Source: a virus
IMG/VR virus record: IMGVR_UViG_3300027741_000025
Location: 80,364 to 144,363 of that record
Reading direction: 5' to 3' (one strand)
Length of the DNA: 64,000 nucleotides
The position numbers and the translations under genes were made by a program. Shown piece by piece: positions 10,462 to 20,502 of the stretch (its first letter is position 1; each line of letters starts with the position of its first letter). The notes under the pieces were generated by a model. The model saw nothing but the letters and a program-made list of their open reading frames with translations. It was not told where the DNA came from and made no database searches.

Positions 10462-13065
10462 TTATGTTAAATAACCTTGTAATTGAATATCACTAATTTT
10501 TCCTAAGAAAAAAGTAGTAGAATTAACACCATCAGTAACGCCATATCTATTTGAGCTATCTGTAACAGATATCTTATAGTAAAAATAAGAGTCTGGTGAT
10601 GCTATGGCAAAAGTTGCCGAAGAACCAACTTCAACAAGGGTTCTGGTATCGAGCAGCGTCCATGAGTTAAATGTATTGGCTCCATATACTTTGAATGAAT
10701 ACTTTACCGGAGCGCCGGTAATGTTATCAAAATCAGCCCACATTTTATATGATGTTAATATTATTGGATAGTCAAATCCAAGATATCCATCTTTTGTTCT
10801 GTTTGTTGGCACCCCATTGGCACTACTTGCGACTTCAAAACTCCATTGACCTAGCTTAGCTAGATTTCCAGTTAAGCCAAGAATTGTTCCCATATTAAAT
10901 ACAGTACCAAAGGAATCAGAGTTTGTCAAAACACCAGAATTATTAAGATATTTAACTGTTGGTAATAATGTGTTGTATCCATGCAATGCACAAGGTGTTG
11001 TTGTGCTTTCATATCCCCAAAGCTGAATTTCACCAATTTGAGTATCATAATTACAGAGACCGAGTGTTGCTGTTGGTGTTGGAGTTTTGGTTGGTGTTAG
11101 AGTTTTAGTTGGTGTTGAAGTTTTAGTTGGTGTCGGTCCAGGCAATCTAGTTGTTGTTGTTGGTGTTGTTGTTGGTGTTGTTGTTGGTGTTGTTGTTGGT
11201 GTTGGCGCAAGGGTTTCTGTTGGATCGGGTGTTGAATCAGGTGGTGTTGGTCCCAAACATCTATAGCCATTTCTTCCCCCTGTAGAAATAACAAGTTTAT
11301 ATACTTTATAAGCTACAGGCGCCGGTATTGTGAATTCAGAGTAACTACTCAAACTTGGATCTGTTGATGTTGCATATGGCAATCTTGGTTGATTTGATCT
11401 GGTGTCAACTACATTCCAAGATATTTCATCGTTACTACCATGCAGCGTCCAAGCTTGCGGAGTTTGATTACCAATATCTACATATCTGCCTTCAACACCA
11501 TAATTAGCTAAAAATCCATTCCACATTCTATACTTTGTTACTACAGTTGGAATTCTAAAATCAAACAAAAATATTGGGAAAGAATTATTACTAAAGCTAT
11601 ATGAATCGCTTAACACATATTGAAGAGGAAGTTCACCATTAAGAATACAGGCATTGGCGGGATTTACTACAGTATTAAAATACTGTCTGTAGTCAGGATT
11701 TATTAATATTGGTGGATTGTATTTTACTCCACCACCAACCAACGCCCTAGGCGTGCCAGGCGCTGCTGTTAGCGTTGGTGTTGCTGTTGGACCAGGTGTT
11801 TTTGTTACTGTTGGTGTGGGCGTTACTGTTGGTCTGAGTGTTGCAGTCGGTCTAGGTGTTGCTGTTGGACCCGGCGTTTTGGTTGCCGTCACCGTTGGTG
11901 TTGGACCAGGTGTTTTAGTTAATGTTGGTGTTGGACCAGGTGTTTTAGTTAATGTTGGTGTTGGACCAGGTGTTTTAGTTAATGTTGGTGTTGGACCAGG
12001 TGTTTTAGTTAATGTTGGTGTTGCCGTGGGTGTTGCTGTTGGTCCAAGTGTAGCTGTGGGTGTTGCTGTTGGTCCAAGTGTAGCTGTGGGTGTTGCTGTT
12101 GGATAATAACAAACATCTATATTTGCTGTAAATGATCCGCTATTATCACCTCTTACATTATCGTTTGTTGCAAGGTAAAGTCTACCTGCTCCGACAGCAA
12201 AAGATTCAAAAGAAGACCCAGCACAAAACGGTTGACCGCTTAACCCTATTTTGGCAATAATTGCCTCATGTCTACATGGGCTTATAACATTGTCGATATT
12301 GTATAAAGAGTTTGGTAACTGGGCATCCGTTAGTCCATCCGGATCAGAATTATAGTTCGGGCTGTTCATGAACGAATTTACTATTCCGGTTGCATTTATT
12401 TTTAAGTAACCAGAAACATCAATTTCACTATCTTGCCAGGGTATAGTAGGATCAATAATAAACGATTTTTGGCAATAAGGAGTTGATGTTGGTGTTGGTG
12501 ATATTGTGGTAGGACAACAAGAACAATTGCATATAGGCTTGGGTTTTGTACACTCTACCAAACTATCAATTGCAAGCTTGAGCCCTGTACCTTTTTCTAC
12601 TCTTATTACAACAGTATTGTTGCCATCTACTATATCGCAAGCATAGTTGTAGTTTTCGTTGTATGGAACAAGATCTTTTGATCTTTTGTTCCATTCTTCA
12701 AGGTTATTTTGGAAGTAAAATCTGACATCTTTTGATACCGGGCAAGATAATCCACAAAGATCAAAGTGTCCGAATTTGTTTGGAATTTGATCGAGAGAAC
12801 CAGCGCCATAGCAATCTTCCCAAGATATAAATATCGTATTGACACCTGGTGTTGGCTCTGGCGTTGGCTCTGGCGTTGGCTCTGGCGTTGTGAGCGTACA
12901 ACAAGACACGTAATCGAGATCGTTCCAACTTTTAGTTCCATTGCCGATTTTTAATCTTCCTGTGTTTATCTCAAACCCAGGTTCACCCAAAGCTAAAATC
13001 GGATTAGCATCATACCACTCTTGAGAAGTTCCATTTCTTAATTGTATTTGCTTGAATATTGTCAT
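10462..13065 (-). CDS. Fibre protein: Mtd_N, shared module, LecA/PA-IL-like lectin, PT stalk, two discoidin-like domains
   Basis: Mtd_N motif; PWQDSEI...[19 protein letters not shown]...DNSGSF; [14 protein letters not shown]. Confidence 0.75.
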   Translation of the reverse strand: MTIFKQIQLRNGTSQEWYDANPILALGEPGFEINTGRLKIGNGTKSWNDLDYVSCCTLTTPEPTPEPTPEPTPGVNTIFISWEDCYGAGSLDQIPNKFGHFDLCGLSCPVSKDVRFYFQNNLEEWNKRSKDLVPYNENYNYACDIVDGNNTVVIRVEKGTGLKLAIDSLVECTKPKPICNCSCCPTTISPTPTSTPYCQKSFIIDPTIPWQDSEIDVSGYLKINATGIVNSFMNSPNYNSDPDGLTDAQLPNSLYNIDNVISPCRHEAIIAKIGLSGQPFCAGSSFESFAVGAGRLYLATNDNVRGDNSGSFTANIDVCYYPTATPTATLGPTATPTATLGPTATPTATPTLTKTPGPTPTLTKTPGPTPTLTKTPGPTPTLTKTPGPTPTVTATKTPGPTATPRPTATLRPTVTPTPTVTKTPGPTATPTLTAAPGTPRALVGGGVKYNPPILINPDYRQYFNTVVNPANACILNGELPLQYVLSDSYSFSNNSFPIFLFDFRIPTVVTKYRMWNGFLANYGVEGRYVDIGNQTPQAWTLHGSNDEISWNVVDTRSNQPRLPYATSTDPSLSSYSEFTIPAPVAYKVYKLVISTGGRNGYRCLGPTPPDSTPDPTETLAPTPTTTPTTTPTTTPTTTTRLPGPTPTKTSTPTKTLTPTKTPTPTATLGLCNYDTQIGEIQLWGYESTTTPCALHGYNTLLPTVKYLNNSGVLTNSDSFGTVFNMGTILGLTGNLAKLGQWSFEVASSANGVPTNRTKDGYLGFDYPIILTSYKMWADFDNITGAPVKYSFKVYGANTFNSWTLLDTRTLVEVGSSATFAIASPDSYFYYKISVTDSSNRYGVTDGVNSTTFFLGKISDIQLQGYLT
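11890..12105. repeat. 30-bp in-frame tandem repeats (PT stalk)
   Basis: gttggtgttggaccaggtgttttagttaat x4 plus gtgggtgttgctgttggtccaagtgtagct x2. Confidence 0.9.
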
Positions 13066-13096
13066 TATAAATTGTTTGCTTAATTGTCAAAAGACT
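12524..13096. repeat. Copy 2 of ~550-bp direct duplication (partner 8620-9192)
   Basis: Near-identical DNA; carries extra 12-bp PTPE units. Confidence 0.95.
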
Positions 13097-13766
13097 TAAG
13101 TTTAGCTTCTACTTGTTTGTGGGCTATTTCAATCTGTTTATACCTTGTTAATAATCTATCTTTGGCTATTCTATCGTTGGTGGCATCAATTTGAGTTTTA
13201 AGTAAGTTTAATTCACCCAACTTTTTATTTAAATCCTCCATCACATCGACATATTTTAAATCTCTTTCCGAAAGCCAATTGATGGAGAGTTTATCCTTTA
13301 TTCCATCTTTTAATTCGATGTAAACGAAATCACCTTCTCTTTTTACAAAGAGTCCTTTTTTTTGTTCTGTTCCTTCTTTGTTTGTCCAAACATGATTCTT
13401 TTTTGGCTCAACGTATTTACCTCCACCAAGACTAGATCCGGAATCATCAAAAGAAATCGGACCATTTTTATTTTTTTTCATTGCTTGTTTTAAAACTGCA
13501 GCAGCACCAAGACCCAAATTAGTCAATAGACCAAAAACACTTTCTTCACATTTAAACTCGGGATGCTCAGCTTCTAAATATTCTTTGAATGTTTTTCTTT
13601 TTTTGTTTGGTAGCCCTTTATGCTTAGTAGAAGCAAAATCTTTTGCATCTTTTTTGTTGATATTATCTGCAACTTTTTTAATTTTTGGACTCAAACATTC
13701 GCCTGTTTTTTGACATTTACGAACTAATCCGAAAAATCTTTGTTGAGATTTACTTTTACTGGGCAT
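13080..13766 (-). CDS. DUF3008-like N-terminus fused to an SHD1 (SLA1 homology domain 1)-like domain
   Basis: [13 protein letters not shown]...[13 protein letters not shown]; HVWTNKEG...G.FV...[11 protein letters not shown]....[12 protein letters not shown]. Confidence 0.7.
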   Translation of the reverse strand: MPSKSKSQQRFFGLVRKCQKTGECLSPKIKKVADNINKKDAKDFASTKHKGLPNKKRKTFKEYLEAEHPEFKCEESVFGLLTNLGLGAAAVLKQAMKKNKNGPISFDDSGSSLGGGKYVEPKKNHVWTNKEGTEQKKGLFVKREGDFVYIELKDGIKDKLSINWLSERDLKYVDVMEDLNKKLGELNLLKTQIDATNDRIAKDRLLTRYKQIEIAHKQVEAKLKSFDN

Positions 13767-13835
13767 TTGATATCCTTTTATAAATTTAATTACTTAAATA
13801 TATATAATAACAACACTATTAAATAATGGAACAGC

Positions 13836-14222
13836 ATGAAATCATTCAAATTATTCTCAGAGAAAAAAGACAACGATCTTGCAAAAAATGATATTCATAA
13901 AATAATAGAATATAGCAAAAAATTACAAGAAATCATCAAAACCAACATAGAATTAGAAGATTGGGTTAAAGCTAAATTAACCCATGCCGAAGACTATCTT
14001 AATACAGTATATGATTATTTGATGTTTTATAAGCAAGATAATAAAAACGAAAACTCAAAAATGGCTGTGGGAGACCTAAAAAGTATATTGTATAAGGCTA
14101 TAGAAATAGAAAAGCTTTTAAATAAAAAAGATATAAAAGATTGGGTTAAGGCTAAATTAAACTTGGCTGGTGAGTATATGGATGATATTTTCCACCACTT
14201 AGACTATAATAAAAACAAATGA
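13836..14222 (+). CDS. Conserved large-phage protein with an internal duplicated helical motif
   Basis: DWVKAKLTHAEDYL and DWVKAKLNLAGEYM. Confidence 0.65.
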   Translation: MKSFKLFSEKKDNDLAKNDIHKIIEYSKKLQEIIKTNIELEDWVKAKLTHAEDYLNTVYDYLMFYKQDNKNENSKMAVGDLKSILYKAIEIEKLLNKKDIKDWVKAKLNLAGEYMDDIFHHLDYNKNK

Positions 14223-14671
14223 AACCAGAAAAAGTAGTATTTCTTGATATTGACGGTGTTTTAAACACCGATAAGCATTTAAGAAAATTTGGTCGAGATT
14301 ATATTGACCAAAAATTGACTTCGATACTAAGAACTATAGTGCTTCAAACAAAAGCAGAAATAGTACTTAGTTCAACGTGGAGGTTAGATGAGTATGCAAA
14401 AAATTTAGTTAAAAAAGCTCTGGAGATCAAAGATTTAAAGTTTATATGCTGTACACCGCATATTGAAAGCACAACAAAAAAAAGAACACACAGATCAGAA
14501 GAAATCAAAAAATGGCTTGAAAAACACAAAAGTGTCAAAAAATACGCAGTGCTGGACGACAGAGATGACGCAGGCTATGGAATTGAAAAAAGTTTTTTTC
14601 AAACAGATCCCAGAGTAGGCTTAACTTATTCAATAGCAGAAAAAATAGTGAGTCATTTAAATGATGACTAA
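14219..14671 (+). CDS. HAD-family phosphatase (Swiss-army-knife RNA-repair type)
   Basis: VFLDIDGVLN, IVLSSTWR, R.EEI..WL, YAVLDD. Confidence 0.85.
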   Translation: MKPEKVVFLDIDGVLNTDKHLRKFGRDYIDQKLTSILRTIVLQTKAEIVLSSTWRLDEYAKNLVKKALEIKDLKFICCTPHIESTTKKRTHRSEEIKKWLEKHKSVKKYAVLDDRDDAGYGIEKSFFQTDPRVGLTYSIAEKIVSHLNDD

Positions 14672-15795
14672 AAGCCTATTTTAGGCTTTTCTTCTTTTTT
14701 GGAGTAATTTTCTTCTTCGTTGTATATCTCAGCCAAAGTCATAGGAACATCTGTTTTTCTCTTAGACTTCATGCTTTTAAATATTTTATTGCAATTTTCA
14801 GGAGACAGAACATCAAATTCATGCTCTATTAAAAGCCTGCCTTTTCTCACAAGAGCTGAATCTATTTTTTCTTTGTTTATATTGAACGTTGCGATTATTA
14901 AAATATTTAAACAATCTCCAAGAACACCATCAGTTATGTTTAATATGTTGCTTATCGCATTGTTATCCTGATTCTCTCTGCTCCTTAAAGCTTTTTCGGC
15001 ATCCTCCAACAAAAGTATGGAGTTTCTATAGCCCATTATAAAGCTTAAAAAATCAGGATTAGTCAGTTGATCGGCAGAGCCAGAAGACAAATAGATTACT
15101 TTTCTATCTGTTTTGGTTGTCAAATATTTTATGAAAGTACTTTTACCAGTACCTGGCTTACCCGATAATAAAACCAAGCCATTTTTATTTTTCTTTGTAT
15201 AATCAATTATTTTATCAAACTTATCAGAAGCAGATTTTCCATAATTTAATTCCAGGTCTATTTTTTTATCTGGAAGCTTCACTTCAAACTTTTGTGTTGT
15301 AAGCATTCCATCCAAGCTACAAAGCAAATAGACATTTTTTTTCTTTTTATCTTCTGCCAAGAACTCCATACATTCTTTGACTTTATTTAAGGTTTCTTCT
15401 TTTTGATAAAGTATCTTGCAATTATAATTTTTGAAATCTTTTTTATTTATATTGACGTTTGATTCAACGTCATCAGCCTCCGACCCATCCAGAAAGAAAT
15501 CTATTTTGTTAATTAAATCTTTTTTGCGAAAAAATTGAATTACCAAATCTTCGTATTCATAGCAAGACTCTATATTGTTTATTTTATTTTTTCCATTATC
15601 ACTTTTTTCTAAATCAAAAGTGAACACCTTGACTGCACCTAACTTCTCAAGATTTTTAAAAGTTGCCTCGCCTATATCTGCGATAATTTCAAAAACATAA
15701 GGCTGTGCTTGAAATTTTTCACAATAATTATAAAAGATATTTAAATAAGTTCCATAATCGTGCGGTGGCGATTTTTTACAGTAACTGTTTTTCAT
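14668..15795 (-). CDS. AAA+ ATPase
   Basis: Walker A GKPGTGKS, Walker B LLLEDAE, SRH IDSALVRKGRL, C-terminal KIGF. Confidence 0.9.
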   Translation of the reverse strand: MKNSYCKKSPPHDYGTYLNIFYNYCEKFQAQPYVFEIIADIGEATFKNLEKLGAVKVFTFDLEKSDNGKNKINNIESCYEYEDLVIQFFRKKDLINKIDFFLDGSEADDVESNVNINKKDFKNYNCKILYQKEETLNKVKECMEFLAEDKKKKNVYLLCSLDGMLTTQKFEVKLPDKKIDLELNYGKSASDKFDKIIDYTKKNKNGLVLLSGKPGTGKSTFIKYLTTKTDRKVIYLSSGSADQLTNPDFLSFIMGYRNSILLLEDAEKALRSRENQDNNAISNILNITDGVLGDCLNILIIATFNINKEKIDSALVRKGRLLIEHEFDVLSPENCNKIFKSMKSKRKTDVPMTLAEIYNEEENYSKKEEKPKIGF

Positions 15796-15818
15796 AATAT
15801 CCTCGAAAGTTGATCCGA

Positions 15819-15827
15819 ATTATACCA
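15819..15827 (-). promoter_or_regulatory. Extended -10 promoter for the AAA+ gene
   Basis: TGGTATAAT on the minus strand, GAGGA SD before the ATG. Confidence 0.55.
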
Positions 15828-15861
15828 GAAAAATTATTCAAAATCCACTAATAATCTCATT

Positions 15862-15895
15862 AAAAAAAAAGTCTGCCTCTTTTAAGGAGGCAGAC
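15862..15895 (-). terminator. Intrinsic terminator
   Basis: GTCTGCCTC / 7-nt loop / GAGGCAGAC stem followed by 9 U on the minus strand. Confidence 0.85.
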
Positions 15896-16039
15896 CTATT
15901 CATACACACAAAGAAAGAGGCAGATGTGTTATGAACTGCGGACGTTTAGCTCATGGTTAAAGCCGACTACCTTCCGCTGAGTCACCGTTTCTGCTGGACA
16001 GACGACAGCAGCAGCACATACACGGTAAGTTTTTATCAT
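15862..16039 (-). ncRNA. Candidate structured small RNA or leaderless 36-aa ORF transcript
   Basis: Bounded by its own promoter and terminator, GC-richer than background, two internal stems. Confidence 0.45.
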
Positions 16040-16045
16040 CCAACC

Positions 16046-16073
16046 AACATACCACAGAAAGCATCAATGTCAA
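16046..16073 (-). promoter_or_regulatory. Sigma70-type promoter
   Basis: TTGACA, 16-nt spacer, TG-n-TATGTT on the minus strand. Confidence 0.7.
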
Positions 16074-16106
16074 GTTTCATCTTCGACGCTTGGTACATTT
16101 GTACTA

Positions 16107-18965
16107 TTAAATAAAAAATAAATCAAGGTATTCTTTGAAAGAGACATTTTCATCCATTGCTTTAGCGGCGGCGTTAGCTATAAGCCTGTTGATCTCACTA
16201 TCAATTTCTTGCATTTTCTTTTGTGCATCAATGATCTTTTGTATTGTTTCTTCATCAACCTCTTTTTCTTGATATTCTTTTCTGTATCTTTGAATAAGCT
16301 CGGCTAACTTTCTCTTTTTCTGAACAATTACAAAAAGCTCTGTGTCTAAACCCTTAGCTATTGTGTAGGTTATATTTACTGGGTGCTCTGTGTTTATTCG
16401 GTAGATTCTTCCCTCGCTTTGTTCAGCAGACTCAGGAGTCCAGTCAAAATCGTTTATTATCATGTTTTGACTGGCGTTTGGAAAGCTTATTCCAGTTCCG
16501 CCCATCTTCATACTCATAACCAAAGCTTTGGCATTTGGGTCATTGGTAAAAACTTCTTTGACTTTATTTCTTTCCGCTTTTTTGGTTAAAGATAAATAAG
16601 TAATAACTTTGAATTTTGGATCAAGATCTTGTAATTTTTTAGATAGCTTTTCGAATATTTCACTTCCTGCTTTTACAAAGTTTGTAAAGATAACAACTTT
16701 GCTGGCTGCGTAATTGTTGGCGGGTTTGTCTAAATTTCTTTTTATTGTCTCAAAAGCCTTATTGACTGTGTAATCCACCTTCATATTAGCTAAAACTTCT
16801 CTACTGGCGATTAATTCACTTATAGCCAAATCTGGATCTTTATATCCTTTGAGCTTTTCTTTTAACTTCTTATGAAAATCTTCTTCGTGTATATCAGTTG
16901 AAGCAGCATCTATGCTTAAATTTGGCATCTCTCTTAAATCTTCTTTGGTGCGCCTCACATAAACGCCAGAGAGATTGAGCCACTTGTTTAGTTTTTCTGC
17001 AGCTCTTATTCTGTCCTCAAAACTTCCTTCTGTGTAAGCCCCTCTATAGCCACCAGGAACCATACCCGCAAAATCTCTTTTGAACTTGCCGTCTTGTATG
17101 TCTCCAAGAGGATGTCCGACAATCTTCAATTGATTTTTTACGTCAGAAGGTCTGTTTGCACTTATTGTTGCGCTTGCGCCCCATTTATACGGAATATTTT
17201 TTGTTGCTTCTTCAATGTTTTGACTTCTTTTTGCTGTTTGGTGTTTTAGCTTGTGTAGTTCATCAAATATAACTATTGAATAGTTAGCGTTCTTGGTTGA
17301 ATTGATTACATTTTGAAGATTCTTGCCACTTGAGAAATTGTCGTAATATAAAACAGTCCAGCGTTTTGGATTTGTGCCATCCTTGGATACGTCAGCGTTT
17401 TCTCCAACAACATCTTTGATTTCTTCTACCCATTGATTTTGAACTGCCTTTAAAGTTATCACAAGTGTTTTTGAATTAGATCCAACATCTTGCATCCTCA
17501 ACTCGGCAGCAGAAATCATCTGCACCGTTTTGCCCACCCCAGTGGCATCACCAAGTATTGCATGATTTCTTCCATACAAAAAGGCTATGCCATCTTTTTG
17601 CTCTTTATAAAGCTCGAATTTAGATTCAGGCAATCTTGAGTCTATCTTTTCTTTAAAGTCTGCGTCTACTTTTCCTTCTTGATCAGCTCTCTTGACTCCA
17701 CCATTTTTCAGCTTATTGTCTAATATTGCTCTAAGATCTTCAACATGATAGCCAAACCTTTTTAATATTTGCCCAAACGTAGCATACTGTTTGAAATTAC
17801 CAGAAACTACATAAGAAAAGTTTTTATCATCCCATCTATAAGATGGAAATGTGTATTGAATCAACTCCTTTAGAAATGCTTTTTGATCCTGAGAAGCTTC
17901 TCTGTATGGAACGCTTATTGTCATAACATCATCAACGCCGCCTCTTCTATCTGCGAAAGATATTATCGGTTTACTGGTTTTTATTTGCTCTGATTTCTTT
18001 TCAAAAGAAATTTCTTTTTGACTCTCCCCAGAGAATAATTCATTTTCATCTACAAATTTATCTAAATCGGTAACATCTATTCCGCCACCTACTAATTTAC
18101 TTTTAACAGCATCGTATAAATCTTTGCTATCTGCTGCTATCAAAAACTTAGGAGGTCTTGTTGAACCATCAAAACTATACCCTCTTGGAACAAGGCTGGC
18201 GCTTCTTGCAGAATCTAATATTGACTTGCTTTGATCAAAAGAAACATTTAGTTGTATTGCTATTTTTTTACCAAACCTGGTGTCTTGTATTCCGACAACA
18301 ACCAGCTGTTTCTTTTCAGAAATAGGAGTTTTTTCTTCAGAGCCAACAGGAGATCCCGAGACCTTGGTTGATATACTCATTTCTCCCGAAATCAGCTTTA
18401 CAACATCGTCTATCACCTCTGGGTGAATGTAATATGTATTTAATTGATTTCTATCTGTGTTAAAAAACTTAAACACAGGATACTTCATCGCACCATAGTT
18501 ATCCCTCACCTTGACCAGCTTTTTCTTTTCAACAATAAGATCAGAAATTTTTGTCATTAGCTTTTTACTAATTCCACCTGGAACATAAACTTTAATTTTA
18601 CCCCAGACTCTTTCTGCATCTGTGTGGATTACTATTTCTTGATGATCATCCATTTTTAAACTAGATTTGATATCATTTTCCACAGCCTTCTTTATATCTT
18701 CATAATTTGAAATTTGTGTATTTTTATAACGAGAAAGAATGGTAAGCATTCTGCTAGCTGTAGCCAATGGTATTGAATCATTGTGAAAATTAGGATCACC
18801 GACAATTGCTTTGTATGCTCCAAAATCTATTTTGTTGAACCCAGTGAAATCATCTACAACAGGAGCGCCTCTTTCAAACATATCGTGAAACGTAGTTTTT
18901 AGTAGATCTATTCCCGGACCCGACACAAGGTTTTCTTTATTTTCTAAGAATGATGTAAATTTCAT
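16107..18965 (-). CDS. SNF2/SWI2-family helicase-like ATPase with long N-terminal extension
   Basis: ILGDATGVGKT, IFDELHKLK, SAT, GGTGISF, FDWTPESAEQSEGRIYRI. Confidence 0.9.
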   Translation of the reverse strand: MKFTSFLENKENLVSGPGIDLLKTTFHDMFERGAPVVDDFTGFNKIDFGAYKAIVGDPNFHNDSIPLATASRMLTILSRYKNTQISNYEDIKKAVENDIKSSLKMDDHQEIVIHTDAERVWGKIKVYVPGGISKKLMTKISDLIVEKKKLVKVRDNYGAMKYPVFKFFNTDRNQLNTYYIHPEVIDDVVKLISGEMSISTKVSGSPVGSEEKTPISEKKQLVVVGIQDTRFGKKIAIQLNVSFDQSKSILDSARSASLVPRGYSFDGSTRPPKFLIAADSKDLYDAVKSKLVGGGIDVTDLDKFVDENELFSGESQKEISFEKKSEQIKTSKPIISFADRRGGVDDVMTISVPYREASQDQKAFLKELIQYTFPSYRWDDKNFSYVVSGNFKQYATFGQILKRFGYHVEDLRAILDNKLKNGGVKRADQEGKVDADFKEKIDSRLPESKFELYKEQKDGIAFLYGRNHAILGDATGVGKTVQMISAAELRMQDVGSNSKTLVITLKAVQNQWVEEIKDVVGENADVSKDGTNPKRWTVLYYDNFSSGKNLQNVINSTKNANYSIVIFDELHKLKHQTAKRSQNIEEATKNIPYKWGASATISANRPSDVKNQLKIVGHPLGDIQDGKFKRDFAGMVPGGYRGAYTEGSFEDRIRAAEKLNKWLNLSGVYVRRTKEDLREMPNLSIDAASTDIHEEDFHKKLKEKLKGYKDPDLAISELIASREVLANMKVDYTVNKAFETIKRNLDKPANNYAASKVVIFTNFVKAGSEIFEKLSKKLQDLDPKFKVITYLSLTKKAERNKVKEVFTNDPNAKALVMSMKMGGTGISFPNASQNMIINDFDWTPESAEQSEGRIYRINTEHPVNITYTIAKGLDTELFVIVQKKRKLAELIQRYRKEYQEKEVDEETIQKIIDAQKKMQEIDSEINRLIANAAAKAMDENVSFKEYLDLFFI

Positions 18966-19011
18966 AAAATTATCTAGTTGAATATAGCTAATATTTTGTT
19001 AAAATATATCA

Positions 19012-19602
19012 ATGAACTTAAAAGATACAAAGATTGAAAAAATACTGATAAACGGTGTTTTTAAGAAGTTTTATCACATTTTGATAAGAAAAGATGAGTA
19101 TAAAATCTGTGTGGATTGCGCCTGCAACATGTGGGCAAATGAAAAGGATGGATCAAAACTAAACAGAGGTCTGCTGAATTCAGCAAAAGACCCATATCGA
19201 ACCGAAAGAATTGGTAGGCTTTGTGAAATGGGCTTTGGAAAGCTATTTGATATGTCGATAGACACAGAATACAAAAAATTCGGAGATACTATGGATTTTT
19301 TGTATAAAGAAAATAAAATAAATGTAAAAGGGGCGGCAAGATACCCCGATTGGGAAGCAGGTTTGGTCTTAGCTCGGGACAATAAAGGCAGAAAGTCTGA
19401 GTTGAAGCAGGACATCTATGTTTTCGGATACATGAAAAATGAAAACAAAGAACAAGAACAAGCAAATATGGTCTTAGTCGGATACCAGACCAGAGAGTTT
19501 ATACTCAATCTGTTGCCAGTGCCAGCCAGAAGAGAAGATCACTACAACTACGAAGTTCCTTACCATGATTTGCTTTCCATAGAAGCTCTAGAATCGATTT
19601 AG
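19012..19602 (+). CDS. Hypothetical protein, possible PD-(D/E)xK nuclease fold
   Basis: G..CE.GF...DTMDF.....INVKG spacing. Confidence 0.45.
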   Translation: MNLKDTKIEKILINGVFKKFYHILIRKDEYKICVDCACNMWANEKDGSKLNRGLLNSAKDPYRTERIGRLCEMGFGKLFDMSIDTEYKKFGDTMDFLYKENKINVKGAARYPDWEAGLVLARDNKGRKSELKQDIYVFGYMKNENKEQEQANMVLVGYQTREFILNLLPVPARREDHYNYEVPYHDLLSIEALESI

Positions 19603-19925
19603 AAGTATGGATTTTTCGTAAAGCTCTTGAACATACTTTTAAATTCTTTTGCACATTCGCTTTTAACTCGTTCAAAGTCTTTTACGCATTCACTTTTAAT
19701 TTTTTTGATATCTACGTCAAGATAACCAAGAATACCAAGCTTAACATCTGGGAATTCTTCTTCTGATTGATTCTCTTCTTCCCTAAGCCGAGCATAGTAT
19801 TGCTTGCTTCCGTTTGGATAGTTTCTATACAAGGGATAGAGTTTCTTTTCCTCGATCTTGAACTCTGAGAGAGCGCTGTTATCTCCCGCAAGAGCTTCAA
19901 GAACACCATCGAATTCAAAATCCAT
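19599..19925 (-). CDS. Hypothetical protein
   Basis: GAGGAG SD and TATACT upstream of the ATG (MDFEF...). Confidence 0.6.
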   Translation of the reverse strand: MDFEFDGVLEALAGDNSALSEFKIEEKKLYPLYRNYPNGSKQYYARLREEENQSEEEFPDVKLGILGYLDVDIKKIKSECVKDFERVKSECAKEFKSMFKSFTKNPYF

Positions 19926-20046
19926 GATTTTTCTCCTCAAGGAATACAGTATACGCTTTGCCTGACTTCAAAGAAATAGCGTACCACAAAGAAACTTCTT
20001 TCAATAAGTCTACATATAGTGGACACATATGTTGCAAGGAGCCGGG

Positions 20047-20502
20047 ATGAAAAACTTTCTATTCTTTTTATTGTCTGCTTCAATACTTGGATGTTCTGTA
20101 AGAGTCGATCAAAAACAAACATTCCCAAAACAAAATATGGAGAAAAAAGAAGGTGAATTCTCTTTGATTCTTTTAAATCTTCATAACAAAACAAGAGAAG
20201 AAAGGGGTTTAAAGACACTTTCGATAGATGAGGGTTTGATGGTATACGCTCAAAATCACGCAGACAAAATGCTATCCAAAGACAGTTTGACGCACTCTAA
20301 TATCTCATCCCTACTCTCCAACTATGATGGTTACGTTGGAGAAAATATAGCCTATGGTCAAAAAGACGAAGAGTCTGTTTTAAAAGCCTGGATGAACTCC
20401 TACACACATAGAGGCAACATATTGGGTTCTTATACTAAGGTAGGTTTTGGTGTTGCCAAAAAAGAAGATAAAGTATATTGGTGCGCCGTCTTTGCTAACT
20501 AG
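20047..20502 (+). CDS. CAP/SCP-domain lipoprotein
   Basis: Lipobox ILGC; LHN..R, AQ.HA..M, GENIAYGQ, WMNS..HRGNIL, YWCAVF; AGGAG SD. Confidence 0.9.
   Translation: MKNFLFFLLSASILGCSVRVDQKQTFPKQNMEKKEGEFSLILLNLHNKTREERGLKTLSIDEGLMVYAQNHADKMLSKDSLTHSNISSLLSNYDGYVGENIAYGQKDEESVLKAWMNSYTHRGNILGSYTKVGFGVAKKEDKVYWCAVFAN

Noticed and set aside
15900-16040. tRNA, tmRNA or a known riboswitch
   Set aside because: No cloverleaf, T-loop, tag peptide or riboswitch core recognisable by eye; kept only as an unknown RNA candidate
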